Assembly: GCA_012295275.1 (NCBI GenBank) | Contig: CM022679.1 | Span: 21,948,001 to 22,012,000, forward strand | DNA length: 64,000 bases | Reading direction: 5' to 3' | From: Chrysomallon squamiferum | Taxonomy: Eukaryota > Animalia > Mollusca | In this document: positions 1 through 15,180 of the stretch, piece by piece | Numbering within the stretch: position 1 is the stretch's first letter | Layout of the letters: the number at the start of each line of letters is the position of its first letter | Translations under genes and position numbers: made by a program | The notes under the pieces: model-generated | Databases searched by the model: none | What the model saw: the letters and a program-made list of their open reading frames with translations, nothing else | Told to the model about the DNA's origin: nothing

Positions 1-575
1 TGACAATGAAGGAAAACAGTTACTTGCGCATTCAAATCATTTCTCCTCTGTATTACACCATCTGTTAAGGACTGTGACCTTTAGAAACTGCAGTATGAGG
101 AAATTGGACTGTATTGATCTTGGCTTGTTTTTGCACAGGAGCCTGTACGCTACGACAACGGCTGGGAGTAGAAGGGTGCTGGCGACAACAGTATACCACG
201 TCAATAAGAACCAGTGGCTTTTAGAAGCTTCAAATTATTTGTAAAGAACGTTTAAACATAAGATTTTTATTATTACTGTTACTTTTAAATATTCTTCACT
301 TGCTTTCAAAGCTGTTTCAAGGATGCTGGTTTCAGCGGTTTTCTGCTTCAAGAAGAGGTCATCGCGTCTCGCTCCCACTAACAAGAAAATTAGGACCGGA
401 CCTGAACTGCGATAAGATATGGCTGTTTAAAACTTGGTTGAAACGAAGGTCGCGTGCAAGGATAAATTAGTTTGTGTTCTGGTTTTTCCTTCCAAACATT
501 GAAAACGGGAAGATGATAAGTGGTCGGTTTGTTTTCAGAAACGTCTGTCGACATCAGCTATTGGTTTTAACTGTT

Positions 576-641
576 TCTTGTAACGATTCTGAAATTAACT
601 CTAACTTGTCTCTTGTAACGATTCTGAAATTAACTCTAACT
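576..641. repeat. Direct tandem duplication (31-bp core, 35-bp period)
   Basis: tcttgtaacgattctgaaattaactctaact at 576-606 and 611-641. Confidence 0.9.
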
Positions 642-914
642 GCCGGCAGAACGGGTTTTTTCACCTGTTGATAGGATTTCCCTTCGTTTTGTCTGTGTTC
701 TTATAAACATGTTGTGTACTTTCGTTTATTTTTAAAGCCTCTGGTATGTCCTTTCATGACTTTGTAAATATAAAATATTTCTGCGTACTGTTACTTGTAT
801 TCATTAACAGTGGCGATAGTATGGTCATGGTAGTTGTAGTAGTAGATGGAGTGGTTGTGGTGGGAGTGGTGGTGTAGCAGTGGAATGTACTTCTAATAAT
901 AGCAGAAGCAGCAA

Positions 915-1300
915 ACACACGTACATACATACATACACACATACAGACATACACACACACACATACATACATACATACATACACACACACACATACAGAC
1001 ATACATACACACATACATACATACATACATACATACACATACATACATACATACATACACACACACACATACAGACATACATACACACATACACATAGAT
1101 ACATACATACACATACACATGCATGCACAGACACACATATACATGCACACGCCACACACACAAACACATTCATACACATGACCGCACGTGCACAAACATA
1201 CACGCACGCACATACATACATACATACAAAGATACACACACACATACATACATACACACAGATAGATACATACACATAAACACACACACAAACACACATA
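915..1300. repeat. Compound (AC)n/(ACAT)n microsatellite
   Basis: Directly visible; source of the VCMY/HTYI-type spurious ORFs. Confidence 0.95.
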
Positions 1301-1982
1301 CATAATCATCACCGCACCTTACATACAATCACAAAGAATCCTAAATTTAAAAATTCTTTATCATAAATCATCATACAATATCTCTGTAATTTTTTTCCCA
1401 ACCTTAATTTTCAACGAAACCAAAAAAAAAAAAAAAAAAAAAAATGTTAATAAAGAGACTATTTATTTTATACCCGACTAAGCGGAAGCACTATCGATTT
1501 CTAGTTATTTATCTCAGATTTACTTACAGTGGCTAAGATAAACTTGCGGTATCCTAGCTGAAGAGAACGAACTTATCTGGTCACGTGATACCTTCATTAA
1601 CCATTATTTGCTGTTTCTTTTACGGGAAGCACCAGGTATTCAATAAAGTCACTTTGATCATTAGTCGAGTTTTTTTTCTCTTTTTTTTCTTTTTTTCCTT
1701 TTCCTTTCTTTTTCTTTCTTTTTCTTTTTTTTTTTTTTTTTTTTCTTTGCAAAGGTAATTAAATTATTTAGGCTGCTCTGTCGTTATTATTCCATGTCAG
1801 GAAATGTATATTTATTTATTTATTTATTTTTAAAAGAAGAAGAAAAAGAGTATTAGGGCGAAATAAATAAAACAAAGGAGGAAGGAAGGAAAGAGGAAGA
1901 AGGAATAAAAGAAAGGTAGGTAGATGGATAGACAGACAGAGAGAGACACAGATAGACAGAGTGACAGAAAAAGCGAGAATAT

Positions 1983-2024
<42 letters not shown>

Positions 2025-2036
2025 ACACACCACAAC

Positions 2037-2067
<31 letters not shown>

Positions 2068-2519
2068 GTATGTGTAAGAACATGTATGTATCACGTATGT
2101 ATGCAAGCATGTATGAATGAGTGTGTAAGTCGTTTATATAGGTATATATGTACTTGTGTATGTATTTAAGTATATATACATACACACACTAAAGTACGTC
2201 TGTACGTATATAAATTCGTCTAATATTTATGTAAATAAAACACAGATACAGTATCTCGTATTAACACTTAATAGCATGTTAGCCGTCAGAAGACATAAAA
2301 AAAGTTCTAATTCTTTCTTAATGCAAGATGATTATGTCTCTTTAGATCTCTTTAAACACTGAATCTGAAGCTAATCCGATCAAGAGAAAACAAATTCAAG
2401 TATAAATCTGTTTGAAGAAAAAAAAAAAAAAAAAAGAATAGAGATAATAGTTGTAAAAGAAAGTAAGCGAAAAAAAAAATAGACTGATAAAATTACAAAG
2501 CAGCTTTGTTTTTCAGGAG

Positions 2520-2520
2520 A

Positions 2521-2584
<64 letters not shown>

Positions 2585-2658
2585 GTTGTTGTTTTGTTGT
2601 TGTTCTTCTTCTCCTGATTATTATTATTATTATTATAATTATTATTTTTATTATTAAT

Positions 2659-2691
<33 letters not shown>

Positions 2692-2865
2692 GCTGTTGTT
2701 ATCTTTTTTTTACTCTCTCTTTTTCTTTTAGGTTGGAGTTGATGTTTTATAGGTAGATAGATAGATAGATAGACAGACAGACATATAATAGATAGATAGA
2801 TAGATAGATAGACAGACAGACATAGACAGATAGATAGATATATAGATAGACAGACAGACAGACAA

Positions 2866-2902
<37 letters not shown>

Positions 2903-2910
2903 TAGATAGA
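2520..2910. repeat. (TAT)n, (TGT)n and (GATA/GACA)n microsatellite complex
   Basis: Directly visible. Confidence 0.95.
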
Positions 2911-3461
2911 TCTTAAGTGTTTTACCTGTTATTAATTAGAAAATAATGACTACAAATATGAGCCACTATCATTTCTCACCATTTCTCTGTGTCTTGTCTG
3001 TCTGCATCTGTTACTCTCTCTCTCTCTGTTTTATATCCATTTCACTCTGTATAAACACATATAAATATACATATATAACTACCTACATATATACATATAC
3101 ATGTATACCCACACACAAATACTTAACTGTCTCGAATATATATATATATTAAAAACACACACACAAACACACACACACACACACATACACACACACACAT
3201 ATATAAGCCTCTCATTTCTTTCAGTATTTCCATCATTGTTTCTATCTTATCTTCTTTTCCATTTTTTCCTATAACTACTTAATATTACTTTTAATTGGTT
3301 CAGCATTGTAAAATGCTATTTTTGTCCACTCGCAACAAATACGACTTCTATACTTCTTGTTAGAGATGTTTTACTATTTAAAATGTTAAGTTAAATCCGC
3401 GACTTAAAACAGATGATAATATTTGTTTCAGACAGAATGTCAGCCTGAGCCTGACGAATAA

Positions 3462-3979
3462 AGGAGCGTTCACACTAGACGACAAGTCGAACCGACCTGT
3501 CTTTTTCAATTAACTCTTTCAGTCAATGGGGCACTCTCACAAAACGTAACAACAGTGCGTTTGCACGTGTAATGTATCGAGCATTGAGAGTAAATAAAAT
3601 GGAAAGTAATTCAGTTTTATACAGCAAATTCTGATCAGAATACATCCCATTTCTTATGATGAATCCTAATATCGCATTGTAATAAATTACGCTAATACGT
3701 ATTAGACAAGAATTGTGTCCCTTCGCGTTTGTGTCTTCTTCTTTTTTTTTTATATGTAAGGGCCTTTGCTTTTGTTTTGTTTTTCACACGCTGTAATCGT
3801 ATACTATGAATATAATTCCTAATGTTCCCATTTTTGAACTTTCTTCGAGTCGTAGACGATTTTTAAGCATTTGAAAAAAAATGCATAATAAACCTGCTTG
3901 AGAACAGTGTATTATCACAATGCGTTTCAACCGTACTCAAAAACCTTATGCAAATTTCTCGCCTAGTGGGAAAACGCCT
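3462..3979. mobile_element. Degenerate PIF/Harbinger-like MITE (~520 bp)
   Basis: Left end AGGAGCGTTCACACTAGACGA versus reverse complement of the right end AGGCGTTTTCCCACTAGGCGA (16/21 identical), with TAA on both flanks (3459-3461, 3980-3982). No coding capacity. Confidence 0.6.
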
Positions 3980-4317
3980 TAAACAAGCATTTAGATGTCA
4001 CTTCACATATTACAGAGAGCTTTGAGATGCTTCCTAAACTGAATAAGTGTCAAAAAAAAAAAAATCTAAAAAGATATCTGCATATTTTTGTCGAATCCTT
4101 GACACAGATATGGAATTATTTCTGAACACGTGAAAAGGCTGTAATAAATATAGGTCATTCTGTCTCTTTCTCTGTGTGAATTTTATTTTATTTTATTTTT
4201 TATCTTTCTTTTTTTTTTTGTTCTCCTTTAATATTATTATTATTTTCTGACCTGTCTGTGGTTTCGTTTTGGTTGGATTATTATTATTATTTGTTGTTGT
4301 TGTTGTTGTTGTTCTTG

Positions 4318-4370
<53 letters not shown>

Positions 4371-4569
4371 GTGTGTGTTGTGTTGTGTTTTTTTATTTTT
4401 ACTTTTTATTTATTAGTAGTAGTAGCAGTAGCAGTAGCAGTAGTAGTGTCTTCTTTTTAGAAGACGGAGAAGGAAAACGTCATTAATTGTCAAACTCTTT
4501 CTCTAAACGATAATTCAATAAATTAATAAACGTCACATACACACACACACACACACACATTAATAAACG

Positions 4570-4607
<38 letters not shown>

Positions 4608-6709
4608 GCACACACGGAACTGGAAAGAAATAATAAATGTTGAATCCAAGAGGAAAACAAGACAAAAGAAAACGAAAAAAAAAAAAAAAAAAAAACCTAA
4701 CAAACAATATGCCAGTAGAAGTCAAAATTGACTTTAAAGCCCTAAACTGTTTTGTACTACATTACTCTTTGATAAGGAAATCAATCCTTGTCTTTTGCCA
4801 TAATAAACGTGAAACTCAAAAGCCAATGGGAAAAAAAAAAAAAAAACAACCTTTAAAATTGATGAGTTCAACAAAAATGATCGTCTGCGCCCTGTAAAGC
4901 CGGTCGCATATTTGACCTAGTTCCGTTATCTCCCAGTGCAATCAAGTCTAGTGATCCAGTCGATCCGTGAAATAAAAGGAAAGTGATATGTATGTCAGCG
5001 CTGTGATAGATTCATAAATTGAAACCAACAGAGTTCTGCCTGAGTCTTCGCGAAATCGTATTAAATTGGAAGGCAGAGGTAGCGTCCCTGAAACTCGAGT
5101 GCCATGTCATTTCCTTCGCGGATTATCCGGAAGTGGCCCGGTAATCAGTATAACTTGGCTGTCAGCGTTGCTTTATAATGCAGAGGTGGTTGGTGTGTGT
5201 GAGATATATCGGTATGAGGAAAGTTGTAACAAATTTCGTTATATTTGCTCAGAAGAATGTTGAGGCTGGATGGAACCCTTCTTCTTACAAACAGCTAAAT
5301 TGGATCTATTAATGTTATTAATGTAGGAGATGCTTTTCATGACTGATGGGATTATTAGCTGGCTGTATTGAATGTTTATAGCCCCCTAACAGTAGAAAAT
5401 TAAATTGAAGCTGTTATTATTAGAAGTGGAAGAAGAAGCAACAGTAGGAGGGTCAGGGTGATAGTCTTAGAAGTGGTAGTAGTAGTAGTAGTAGTAGAAT
5501 AGTAGTAATAGGACTGTCGTAGTAATACTTCTTTTAATGGTGGTGGTGATGATGGTAGTGGTGATTGTATTAGTGGTGGTGGTGGTAGCTGTAATAATAG
5601 TAGTTGTAGTAGTAGTAGGTGTAGCAGTATCAGTAGTATTGATATTGGTTGAAGCAAAATAGAATTTATAATAGGAACTAATATTTTTTGCAAAAGTTAT
5701 AATATTACATTAGCTATATAACAATATTGATGGCTGAGATGGAGGCAACAACAGAGGAACGATAGTAGTAGTAGTAGTAGTAGTTGTTGTTGTAGTAGTA
5801 GTAGTTGTAGTAGTAGTGGTAGTAGTATAGTAACAATTGTCAGATTGACAAATTTAGTCGTAACATTTCAAGCAATCAGAAATCATCCGAAACAAATAAT
5901 CATTTTGTTCTTTTTGTGTTTCTGTCATAACTACTATACTTTAATTTTACTGACATCACAACAAACTGCACGTAATATACAAAATGTAGAAAATCTGTTA
6001 CAGCTAAGATGCTTCAAACCAACTGCTTGTACGATGTTTAGTATATACTGCTGATATACCGATTTGCAGTGTAGCTTTTTTTTTGCATATGATTCCTTTG
6101 CATGTGATAAGTCTTTCTAAACTGTACAGTAAATATATTTTCCTTTTATCTCCAAAGAAATAAATAAATTTTACGATTTTCTCCTAATTTTCGTAAAATA
6201 GAGGTTTTTCTTTTCTGTCATAAATAAAAATAGATTTTTTTTTTTTCTCTCTCTCTCTCTTTTCTTCAGCTGTAGCACATAAAACACAGTATTTTTCTTT
6301 TCTATCACAAATAAAAATCGGGTTTGTGTATTCAACACCTGTTGTACAAAAGCAAGTTAATGGGCGTACATTAAAGGGTTCACTAAACTGTGCTTAATGT
6401 AATATGACTCACCAGACAAATTACAAGAACTGTTTTTTTTAAAAAAAAATTAAAACATATCAAATGACATCATCTTTATGACGTAACAATTAATACCAGT
6501 TTTTGTGTACACTGCCTCTAACCACTTCTGTCACGAGTTCACAGACAGAAGTGTGTTGTCTAGGCAGCTATAAATAAACTGTAAATATAAACGATATACT
6601 TTAAGGAAAAAAAGGTTGAAGCGTGAGTCATGTTGTGAAGCTGGATGACTAATAACAGAAATATAATTTTTCAGTTCTTTAACAGCTTTATTATCAGTTT
6701 CAGCATTAG

Positions 6710-6752
<43 letters not shown>

Positions 6753-6806
6753 GAAGTAGTGAAAAAATCACTATAAATAATTAAAGAAATAATAGTAATA
6801 ATAATA

Positions 6807-6866
<60 letters not shown>

Positions 6867-8310
6867 TATAGTGATTATTTGTCACTACTTTTATTATTAT
6901 TTTTCTCCATATATTTTCAGCAATAATGTCTTCGGCTTTATCATCATTTACATCATCATCATGCTCATCATCGTTATCATTACCATCATCTCAGAGACAT
7001 CGTGGTTATTATTATCTTATTATCGTTGTTCTTGTTGTTGCTGTTGTTTTGTTACCGTTACTGATGTTGTTGTTTTGTTACTACTAACACGACTATTACT
7101 ATTACTACAAAAACCAACTACGGCTACTACTATAAATATTACCACTACTACAACTACTAATGTTTACATTATTTGGTCCTTGTTTGTTTAAATTTCACTT
7201 TTTAAATGTGTTTTCTTCTTCTTCTTCTTCTTCTTCGTCATTTATTATTTTATTTTATTTTTTTTTTTTTTTTTTTTTTTTTTTTGATTCTTTTTCTTTT
7301 GTTTGTTTGATTTAGTTTTCAGAACCAACATATATCCGTCGTTTTGCTACTACGAACCGGAAACGGAAATAACAAGCAACTTTCTTCTTGTGTATATTCC
7401 CAAGACAAAACAGAAAATAAAAGCATTACATCGATTTCAGTTGATATTCGAGACAATCATGAACTTTCCAAATGCCGGCTTATCGAACAAAAACTGAAAA
7501 ATGACATATTCATATGTCAACGTATTATTACAGTCAGCATCAAACAGTTTTATTTTTACAGATGTTAAACCCACGGACACATTTATTTATTCATTCATTC
7601 ACTGATTCATTCATTTGATTTAAATATTTATTTATTTATTTATTTATTTAATTACTTATTTATTTATTTACTTATTTTAACAACTTCACTAAAAAAACGT
7701 AAACCTTTTATTACGATAATCATCTAGAAGATACAGATTCAACAAACGAAATCTCAGAGTTTATCTGCATATTTAAAACCACTAAATGAGTTGACTTCGT
7801 TTACGTTTGCTGTTTTACTTAAGCTGAAACCCCAGGCCTCCCGCGAAGCTCACCGACTCGCACCTGAAGTTAAAACCGCTTTGATTAAAGTGTATAATTT
7901 AACAGTTCGTGCAGTAAACACGACCGCGTTGTTGGCCACTCGACTCCGTAATCTCTGCCGATGTCGTACGACTGCATCACACGATGGAACGATTGCAGTG
8001 CTCTGTACTCAGGATGTAACAATTATCCTGCAACTACTACGACTTCTGTCGCCGTAGTGACGTCATTCGTTTGCAGATGGTTTTGAAGAATAAACGTAAA
8101 AAGCGGGTGAACGAACGAAACTGGGGATGTCGTTGCGTGCTGCGTCTGGGTGACTTAATGTTTCAGGTGAAGGTGACGGCAGATGTGAAAGATACGCTTA
8201 CAGTTGAACATTCGTGTTCACACAGACATGCTGTTGTCGTATACAAACACCGTCAGAAGGACTGCAGAAATGCACCAAAGAAAACTTGTTTTGTTTGAAG
8301 AGAAAGGGGG

Positions 8311-8412
<102 letters not shown>

Positions 8413-9849
8413 TTTTTGTGTCTTTTTTTTCTTTCTTCTTGGCTGCTTTTATTTTTTCTTTGTTTCTTTTTCTATTTCTTGTTTCGTCTTAGCCTTATTT
8501 TTTTCATTTTTTAATACAGAATATCTTATCGATGTTAGATGAGCAACTGGGGTAATTCTGAATCCAGTCTACACTGGCAAGACAACAACAGCAGAGATTC
8601 AAGAGCTGAATCAGAATCAGAATAGATTCACAGGAAAAACAATTTTATTCATAAACACAGATATATAAAAAGTATATTCCAAAATAATTTTATAATTATA
8701 AATTATTATTAACAAAACAGAAAACATGGATTTGTTCGTGTTTCATTTTTTTTCTGTTTTATAACTTTTTTATATAAATGTCAAAAGAGAGATGGAATTA
8801 TTCTTTAGTAAAAGTGTACACACACACACACACACACTAACACAAACTCACACTCAGATACAGATACACATATGCCAAAATAATGTTAAATATAATCTAT
8901 AATGTTAGAATCAATAGGTATTTTATACTTATCATGGAATCTGAATATCAAGTTAAACGATATTGAAATTTGACTTATATTTTTTATTTATTTATTTATT
9001 TTGTTATTTATTTATTTATTATATCTGTCTATTTATTTTTTTATTTTTTTTTGTTTGTTTATTTATCTATCTATTTATTTACAAATTAAAAAGACATGTA
9101 ATGTATTGTTTTCATATATAATGTTCTTTTCAAAAGAAAGACTGAAAGTAGATCTGTTATCGTTTGTCTTAGTAAAAGACAAATGCAACATTAGAAAAAG
9201 TAAACTTCCAGATGGAATTTGTTTGTTTTTCTCTGTTTCTCCATTAAGTATCAGGTTTGCACGGCACTGTTTGAGATCTTAATTTATTAGCTGATAAACA
9301 GCCATTACGACCATGTATTTTTATGGTTTATGGGATTCTTCTGACATGCAAACAAGAACCAGAAAATTATGTTAATAGTAACCTTTAATTCCTTTTCGAT
9401 TTAAAAAGAAAGAAAAAAAAAAAGAAAAACGTCCCTTTAATGTTTTTCAGAAATGGTGATGTGAGATAAAAGATTTACGACATTGTAATGGAACTGTAAA
9501 CTGATGTATTTTATTTTACGATTCGAATAAAAACTAAACAAAACAAAGCTTCGCCAAAATGTCTTGATTTATAGACCCAAAAGGAAAAGCGCATAATTAC
9601 TTTTGTATTTAGCTGTTGTTCGGAACCCATAAGGAAGTGTACAGACGTGGATGTCTGCCAGGTCGTCGTGACTAAGGAAGAACGTTTTGACTGACGTTAA
9701 ACAGGTCAGATTTGTTAAAGAAGTGTACGATGTCAGTCTGAACTCAGTCACAGAACTCTAAGAAGTGCAGGATCATATAGTTTTACTAGATTAGGATACT
9801 TTAGATCAATGATTTGTGAAAGGTCAAAATCATTTCCCTCGAAAAAGTG

Positions 9850-10400
9850 CATGACCAGTGGTGTTTACCAAGTCAAAATCTCTTATATTTACATGATCAG
9901 AGTCATTTATGTTTACGAGGTCAGAGCCATTTATGTTTACTAGTCCAAGGTCACTTATGTTTACCAGTCCAAAGTCACGTATATTTACGAGGCCAAAGTC
10001 AATTATGTTCACCAGTTCAAAGTTGTTTATGTTTACCAGGTCAAATCAGTTATATTTACCAGGTCAAATCAGTTATATTTACCAGGTCAAATCAGTTATG
10101 TTTACCAGGTCAAATCAGTTATGTTTACCAGTCCAAAGTCACGTATATTTACGAGGCCAAAGTCAATTATGTTCACCAGTTCAAAGTTGTTTATGTTTAC
10201 CAGGTCAAATCAGTTATATTTACCAGGTCAACTCAGTTATGTTTACCAGGTCAAATCAGTTATGTTTACCAGGTCAAATCAGTTATATTTACTAGTCCAA
10301 AGTCTCTAATTTTTTCCAGACCAAAGTCAGTAATGTTTACAAGTTCAAAGTCCGTTAGGTTTACGTTCCAACATCACTTATGTTTTATGTTTATCTGTAC
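9850..10400. repeat. Minisatellite of 23/24-bp monomers with a 164-bp higher-order duplication
   Basis: Monomers atgtttaccaggtcaaatcagtt (23 bp) and atgtttac.agtccaaagtca..t (24 bp). The block starting at 9957 recurs at 10121 (3x24 + 4x23 = 164). Confidence 0.92.
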
Positions 10401-11667
10401 AAAGTCACTTTTGTTTACCAGTTTACAGTTTCTGGAGGAACGTGACGGCTGACTTGCACTGGATCACGATCACTAAGATAACGTATCATCACTTAGATCA
10501 AAATCAATTAGAAATGATGAGATAATCGATTTCCTCTAAATCAAAGTCTTCACCGAGGAAGGTGATCGCCGATATTTCTTGGGTCAAAAAAATCGATAAG
10601 GAACTGCCTGGTCACTTACCAACTCAAGGTTACCAAGGAAGTGAAGGGTAATTTTTTTTCTTCTTTTTTTTTTTTTGGTTTAACCATATCACGATAACTA
10701 AATTAGTGAATATTCCTTGGCATTGTATAAGAAAGTATTAGCAACGTGAAAGTTACGCGATTAATTCAGTTAAATGACAGATGGTTCGAGAAAAGCGAAA
10801 TCTCTAAAATTTCGTAATATTAACCGACAAAAAAAAATAAACAAAAAAAAAATTTAAAAAAAAGAAAAGAAAAAAAGAAAATGAACTAAGATCATGGAAA
10901 TTATCTTTCCCTTGTCATGTTCTTTCTTTAATTGCTTCAACCCAACTGATTAAATCGTGTAGAGAAATCAGAAGCTTTGAATAAAGGTCAATTCTATGAC
11001 GTTAATGATCGCCATTATTTCCCTGAGTCAAAGTAAATAGGTCAGTGGTTTGCTTAGTAAATTAAAAACTGATATGATTCATCGCCGAACTCAAGTCTGA
11101 GGTTTCAGTGTAAACGTTCTATTGATTAAAATAACATTGTGCAATGAACGTCCAAGGATTAAATTTATTCTTTTAAATTTTTTTTTTATTATTATTATTT
11201 CGTTTCGTTTTTTTCTTTTAATTTGATTTAGATAAGTTAAATGATCTGGTAGGAAAATTTTAGTTGTTTTAGTTTACATTTTTCATTAATTTTTGTAAAT
11301 AAAGCTAGGAAAAAGTTTTAATTTCTTGAGATTAAATCGTTTTCGTTTATTTTATTTTCTGTGTGGTTAGTGTTGTTTTGTTTTGTTTTGTATTTGTGGG
11401 GGGCTTTTTTTTTTTTTTTTTTTTTTTTTTTTGTTGTTGTCCTTTTTGTTGCTACTCATGAGTTTATTACTGTTATTGTTTCGTTTTGTTTTGTTTTGTA
11501 AACGTTACTCATTATTGAATATATAATTACTTTTTCGTCAGTCACTTAATTCCAAATAAACGAATGTTTGTTAAACAAGACTTCAGTACATGTATTTTAT
11601 ACTGTAGTAACCGTTACAATGTAGCAAACCCATTTTTTGTAATAATATTATGAAATAAGAAACCTAC

Positions 11668-11789
<122 letters not shown>

Positions 11790-12781
11790 CTGAACTACGG
11801 TTCATTTCATTGGAATATTCACTAACAATATGTTGCTAATATATATAAATTACTACTTACGTTGTGTATTTACAATAACATATATGCAAATTCGAAGCTC
11901 TAACGATTCCTTGACATCTTGGTGTCATCTTTGAAAGAACTGACGTCCACGGGGAGTACCATGTCAATGCTCTAAACTGATTACTGTCACAGTTGTTGTT
12001 GTCTGTAATTTTCTGTCAACATGACCGTCTCGTCTTTAGTACATGAAACCGAAGCAACTGTTCTGTAGAATGACCTGCGTATTACGTTTACCTGTATTTG
12101 TTTGATAATGCTGTCGTTGTCGTTGTTGTTATGAAGATAATGATTACGACATAGCCTTGGTGTTAAAAATAAAGATGATGATGACGATGACGATAATGAG
12201 CATAATGGCAATGATAGTAATATGATTACAGTGATGATGATGAGATGATGATGATGATAACGATGATGCTGATAATGATGACGATAATGACAAAGAAAGT
12301 GAATATAATGAAGATAATTATTATTAAGATGATAATGTTAAAGTTTTAAGTTGTCGTAGCTAGTGCTGTTCGAGATAACACTTTATATTTTGTTTGTAAT
12401 GTGTTAACTTTGCATATTGCTGCTGTTTACCTTATTTCTAGGACATTTGTTTTAAGGTACTGTTCAGTTTTTGTGGGTTATTTTTTTATACAGTGGTTAA
12501 TGTTGATGTTGTCGTTGCTGTTGCTGCTGTTGCTGAAGATACAAGTTATACTTTATATTTCAAATTGTTAGTGTCATCGTTGTTTTTCAACACTGAAGTT
12601 ACTGTCACAAAATGTTAAAGCTGTTGTAGGTGAATCTGTCATTCTCTGTTATTTTTTTACAGTGGTTATTGTTTGATGTTGTTGTAGCAGCAATTGTAAA
12701 TGTCACTTTTTCTGTGTGTCATCGTAGTGTGAACAATTTGGCTTACATACAAATATGAAAATGATTATAGTCCATGTGTGT

Positions 12782-12834
<53 letters not shown>

Positions 12835-13111
12835 CTTTACACTGCTCCCGCTATTGTCATTCGTATCGTGTGCAACAATGTTACTTACGTCGAAGACGTC
12901 ATAGCTGACGTTAGGTCATTTTAATTACGTTTTTATAAGGTAGATTAATGTTTCTTTGAAAAGACTGCCGCCGTGTCTTTGTGACCTGAATTAATTACTA
13001 ATAAATTACCTGTGATCAATAATCCTGAACCAGGTTGTCGCATTCAGCAGTAAACAAAGATGTTGATCATCTTATTCTTCTTTGTTGTTGTTGTTGTGGA
13101 TCGTTTCTGGT

Positions 13112-13145
<34 letters not shown>

Positions 13146-13272
13146 GTTGTTGTTTTGTTTTTGCTTTTTTGTTGATAAAGTTCAGTTCAATGAGTAATTA
13201 ATAAATGCGTTTTTCATCAAGTATTGTAGAAAATAAAACTGTAATGGCATTTATATATGATCCTGAAATATA

Positions 13273-13318
<46 letters not shown>

Positions 13319-13903
13319 TGTGTGTGTAGTATGTGTGTGTATGTGTGTATTTGCCTTTTATATACTATTACTGAGTAATATGTGTGATACTGAATAAATA
13401 TTATTCTGAGTAATATATGTCATTCTGCATATGTGTGTGTGTATTGTGTACGCACGCGTGCGCGCGTTCATTTATATATTATTTTGAATAGTGTGCGTGA
13501 TCCTGAACATATTATGTTATTTTAAGTAAAACGAATCCGCTGTTTAGATATGAAATACAACACCTGCGGTCGGATGACAAAACTGTTCAGAATTCCCGTA
13601 AGTCTGAAAAATAATTTTCAATAAAATTAATACAGTTTTTACAAAGCATTTTGTTTTTCTTCCTAGTCCTTCCGTTCTTAGTATAGGTAACATGTCAGTA
13701 ACAGGTGATGACAATGTGTGCATCCAACCATGGATATTATTTGAAACAATATACGTTGCGATCGTCAAATAAGTTTTTTGCCAATGACACAAATTGTGAT
13801 TGCGACCTAATTTTTCTTGGCAAAGACTAAATATTGTTATAGATATGTCAACAGCTGTCTCTCCATTGATATAAAAACAAAATATACGTAAATAAGTGAA
13901 TAA

Positions 13904-13941
<38 letters not shown>

Positions 13942-14056
13942 ATCCAAAAACTCTAAAAAAAACAATTAACATAAAATAAAATAATCGTAGCAAAAGAAAA
14001 AGAATAAATATATGCTTAATATAATAAGAACAATAATAATTACAGCAACAACAACA

Positions 14057-14120
<64 letters not shown>

Positions 14121-15092
14121 TGATAATAATTATGATAATAATAATAATAAATAATAATAATAACCACATGAAGAAACGCATCAATTGATTTTCGGTTATT
14201 CTGGGAACTCTTCGCAAGAGTTTAAATCACAGAGATGTCTAACACAGGAAACAAAATTCATCTGCTTCAGTGACTCCATCAGTCGAGGCACCTCTCTGTC
14301 TGCGAGTTATTTTTCTGTTTCTCTAGTAATCAAGTTATCTTGTACTTGTCAAACCGTTAATGTCAAGCTTAAGAAAAGAGCTGAATCCTAAATTAAATCA
14401 TAGCGCGTGAACGCCTCTTTTGTACGGCGTTTGTCGTCAAGGATACCTACACGCGTTGATGACGTAATCTGAACCCGAGCACTGCTGACGACGTTATTTG
14501 ACGCGTTCTGACGTCATAAAGCAAGAAAACTGAAGACACTGCGATGGTTGGAAGTGTTAAGGTGACGATGGCGACAGATTGCCGCAAAGAACACTTTCCT
14601 TGGTAGCTTTTCCAGGACTGTGTAATTCAGTGTAACAGTGACTGTGATTACGCCTCCACGTTTTTTTTATTTACCTCTTGACTTACAAAGCTGCAAGTAC
14701 GTAAAACAGAGAGGAGATCAAAAACCTGTCCAGGATCAACCAAGTGTAAATGAAATTACACTGGTGTGAATATAGATCTCAGTTTATCTGTCTGTCTGTC
14801 TATCTATCTGTCTATCTTTCTGTCTATCTTTCTGTCTATCTGTCTATCTATCTATCAGTCTATCTATCTATCCACCTATAAATCTATTTATCTTTCTGTC
14901 TGTCTATAAATGTGTCTATTGCTCTCTCTTTTTTTCTTTCCTTTTCTTTCTGTGTCTGTCGCTCTTTCTCTATCTCTGTCTCTTTCTGTCTATTTAATCA
15001 TCTACCTATCTGTCTATCTCTGTATATGTCTGTTTATTTGTCCTTTTTGAATCTTTTTCCCTCTAATGGCTCACTCTTTCTGTCTTTGTCTC

Positions 15093-15180
<88 letters not shown>

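Noticed and set aside
754-1312. Long ORFs such as MCVCVCVYVY... and the many ERERER, SLSLSL, YYYY and IIII ORFs across the window
   Set aside because: They are translations of microsatellites, which lack stop codons by construction. There is no domain content or splice support.
7780-8300. CpG-rich block with ORFs of 75-88 aa
   Set aside because: No recognisable protein, terminal repeats or splice structure. It may be regulatory or a transposon relic, but I cannot support a call.
9830-10452. Repetitive ORFs (201 aa, 128 aa) and a CRISPR-like appearance
   Set aside because: These are head-to-tail 23/24-bp monomers with no unique spacers, and the 23-bp units shift frame. The context is eukaryotic with no cas genes.
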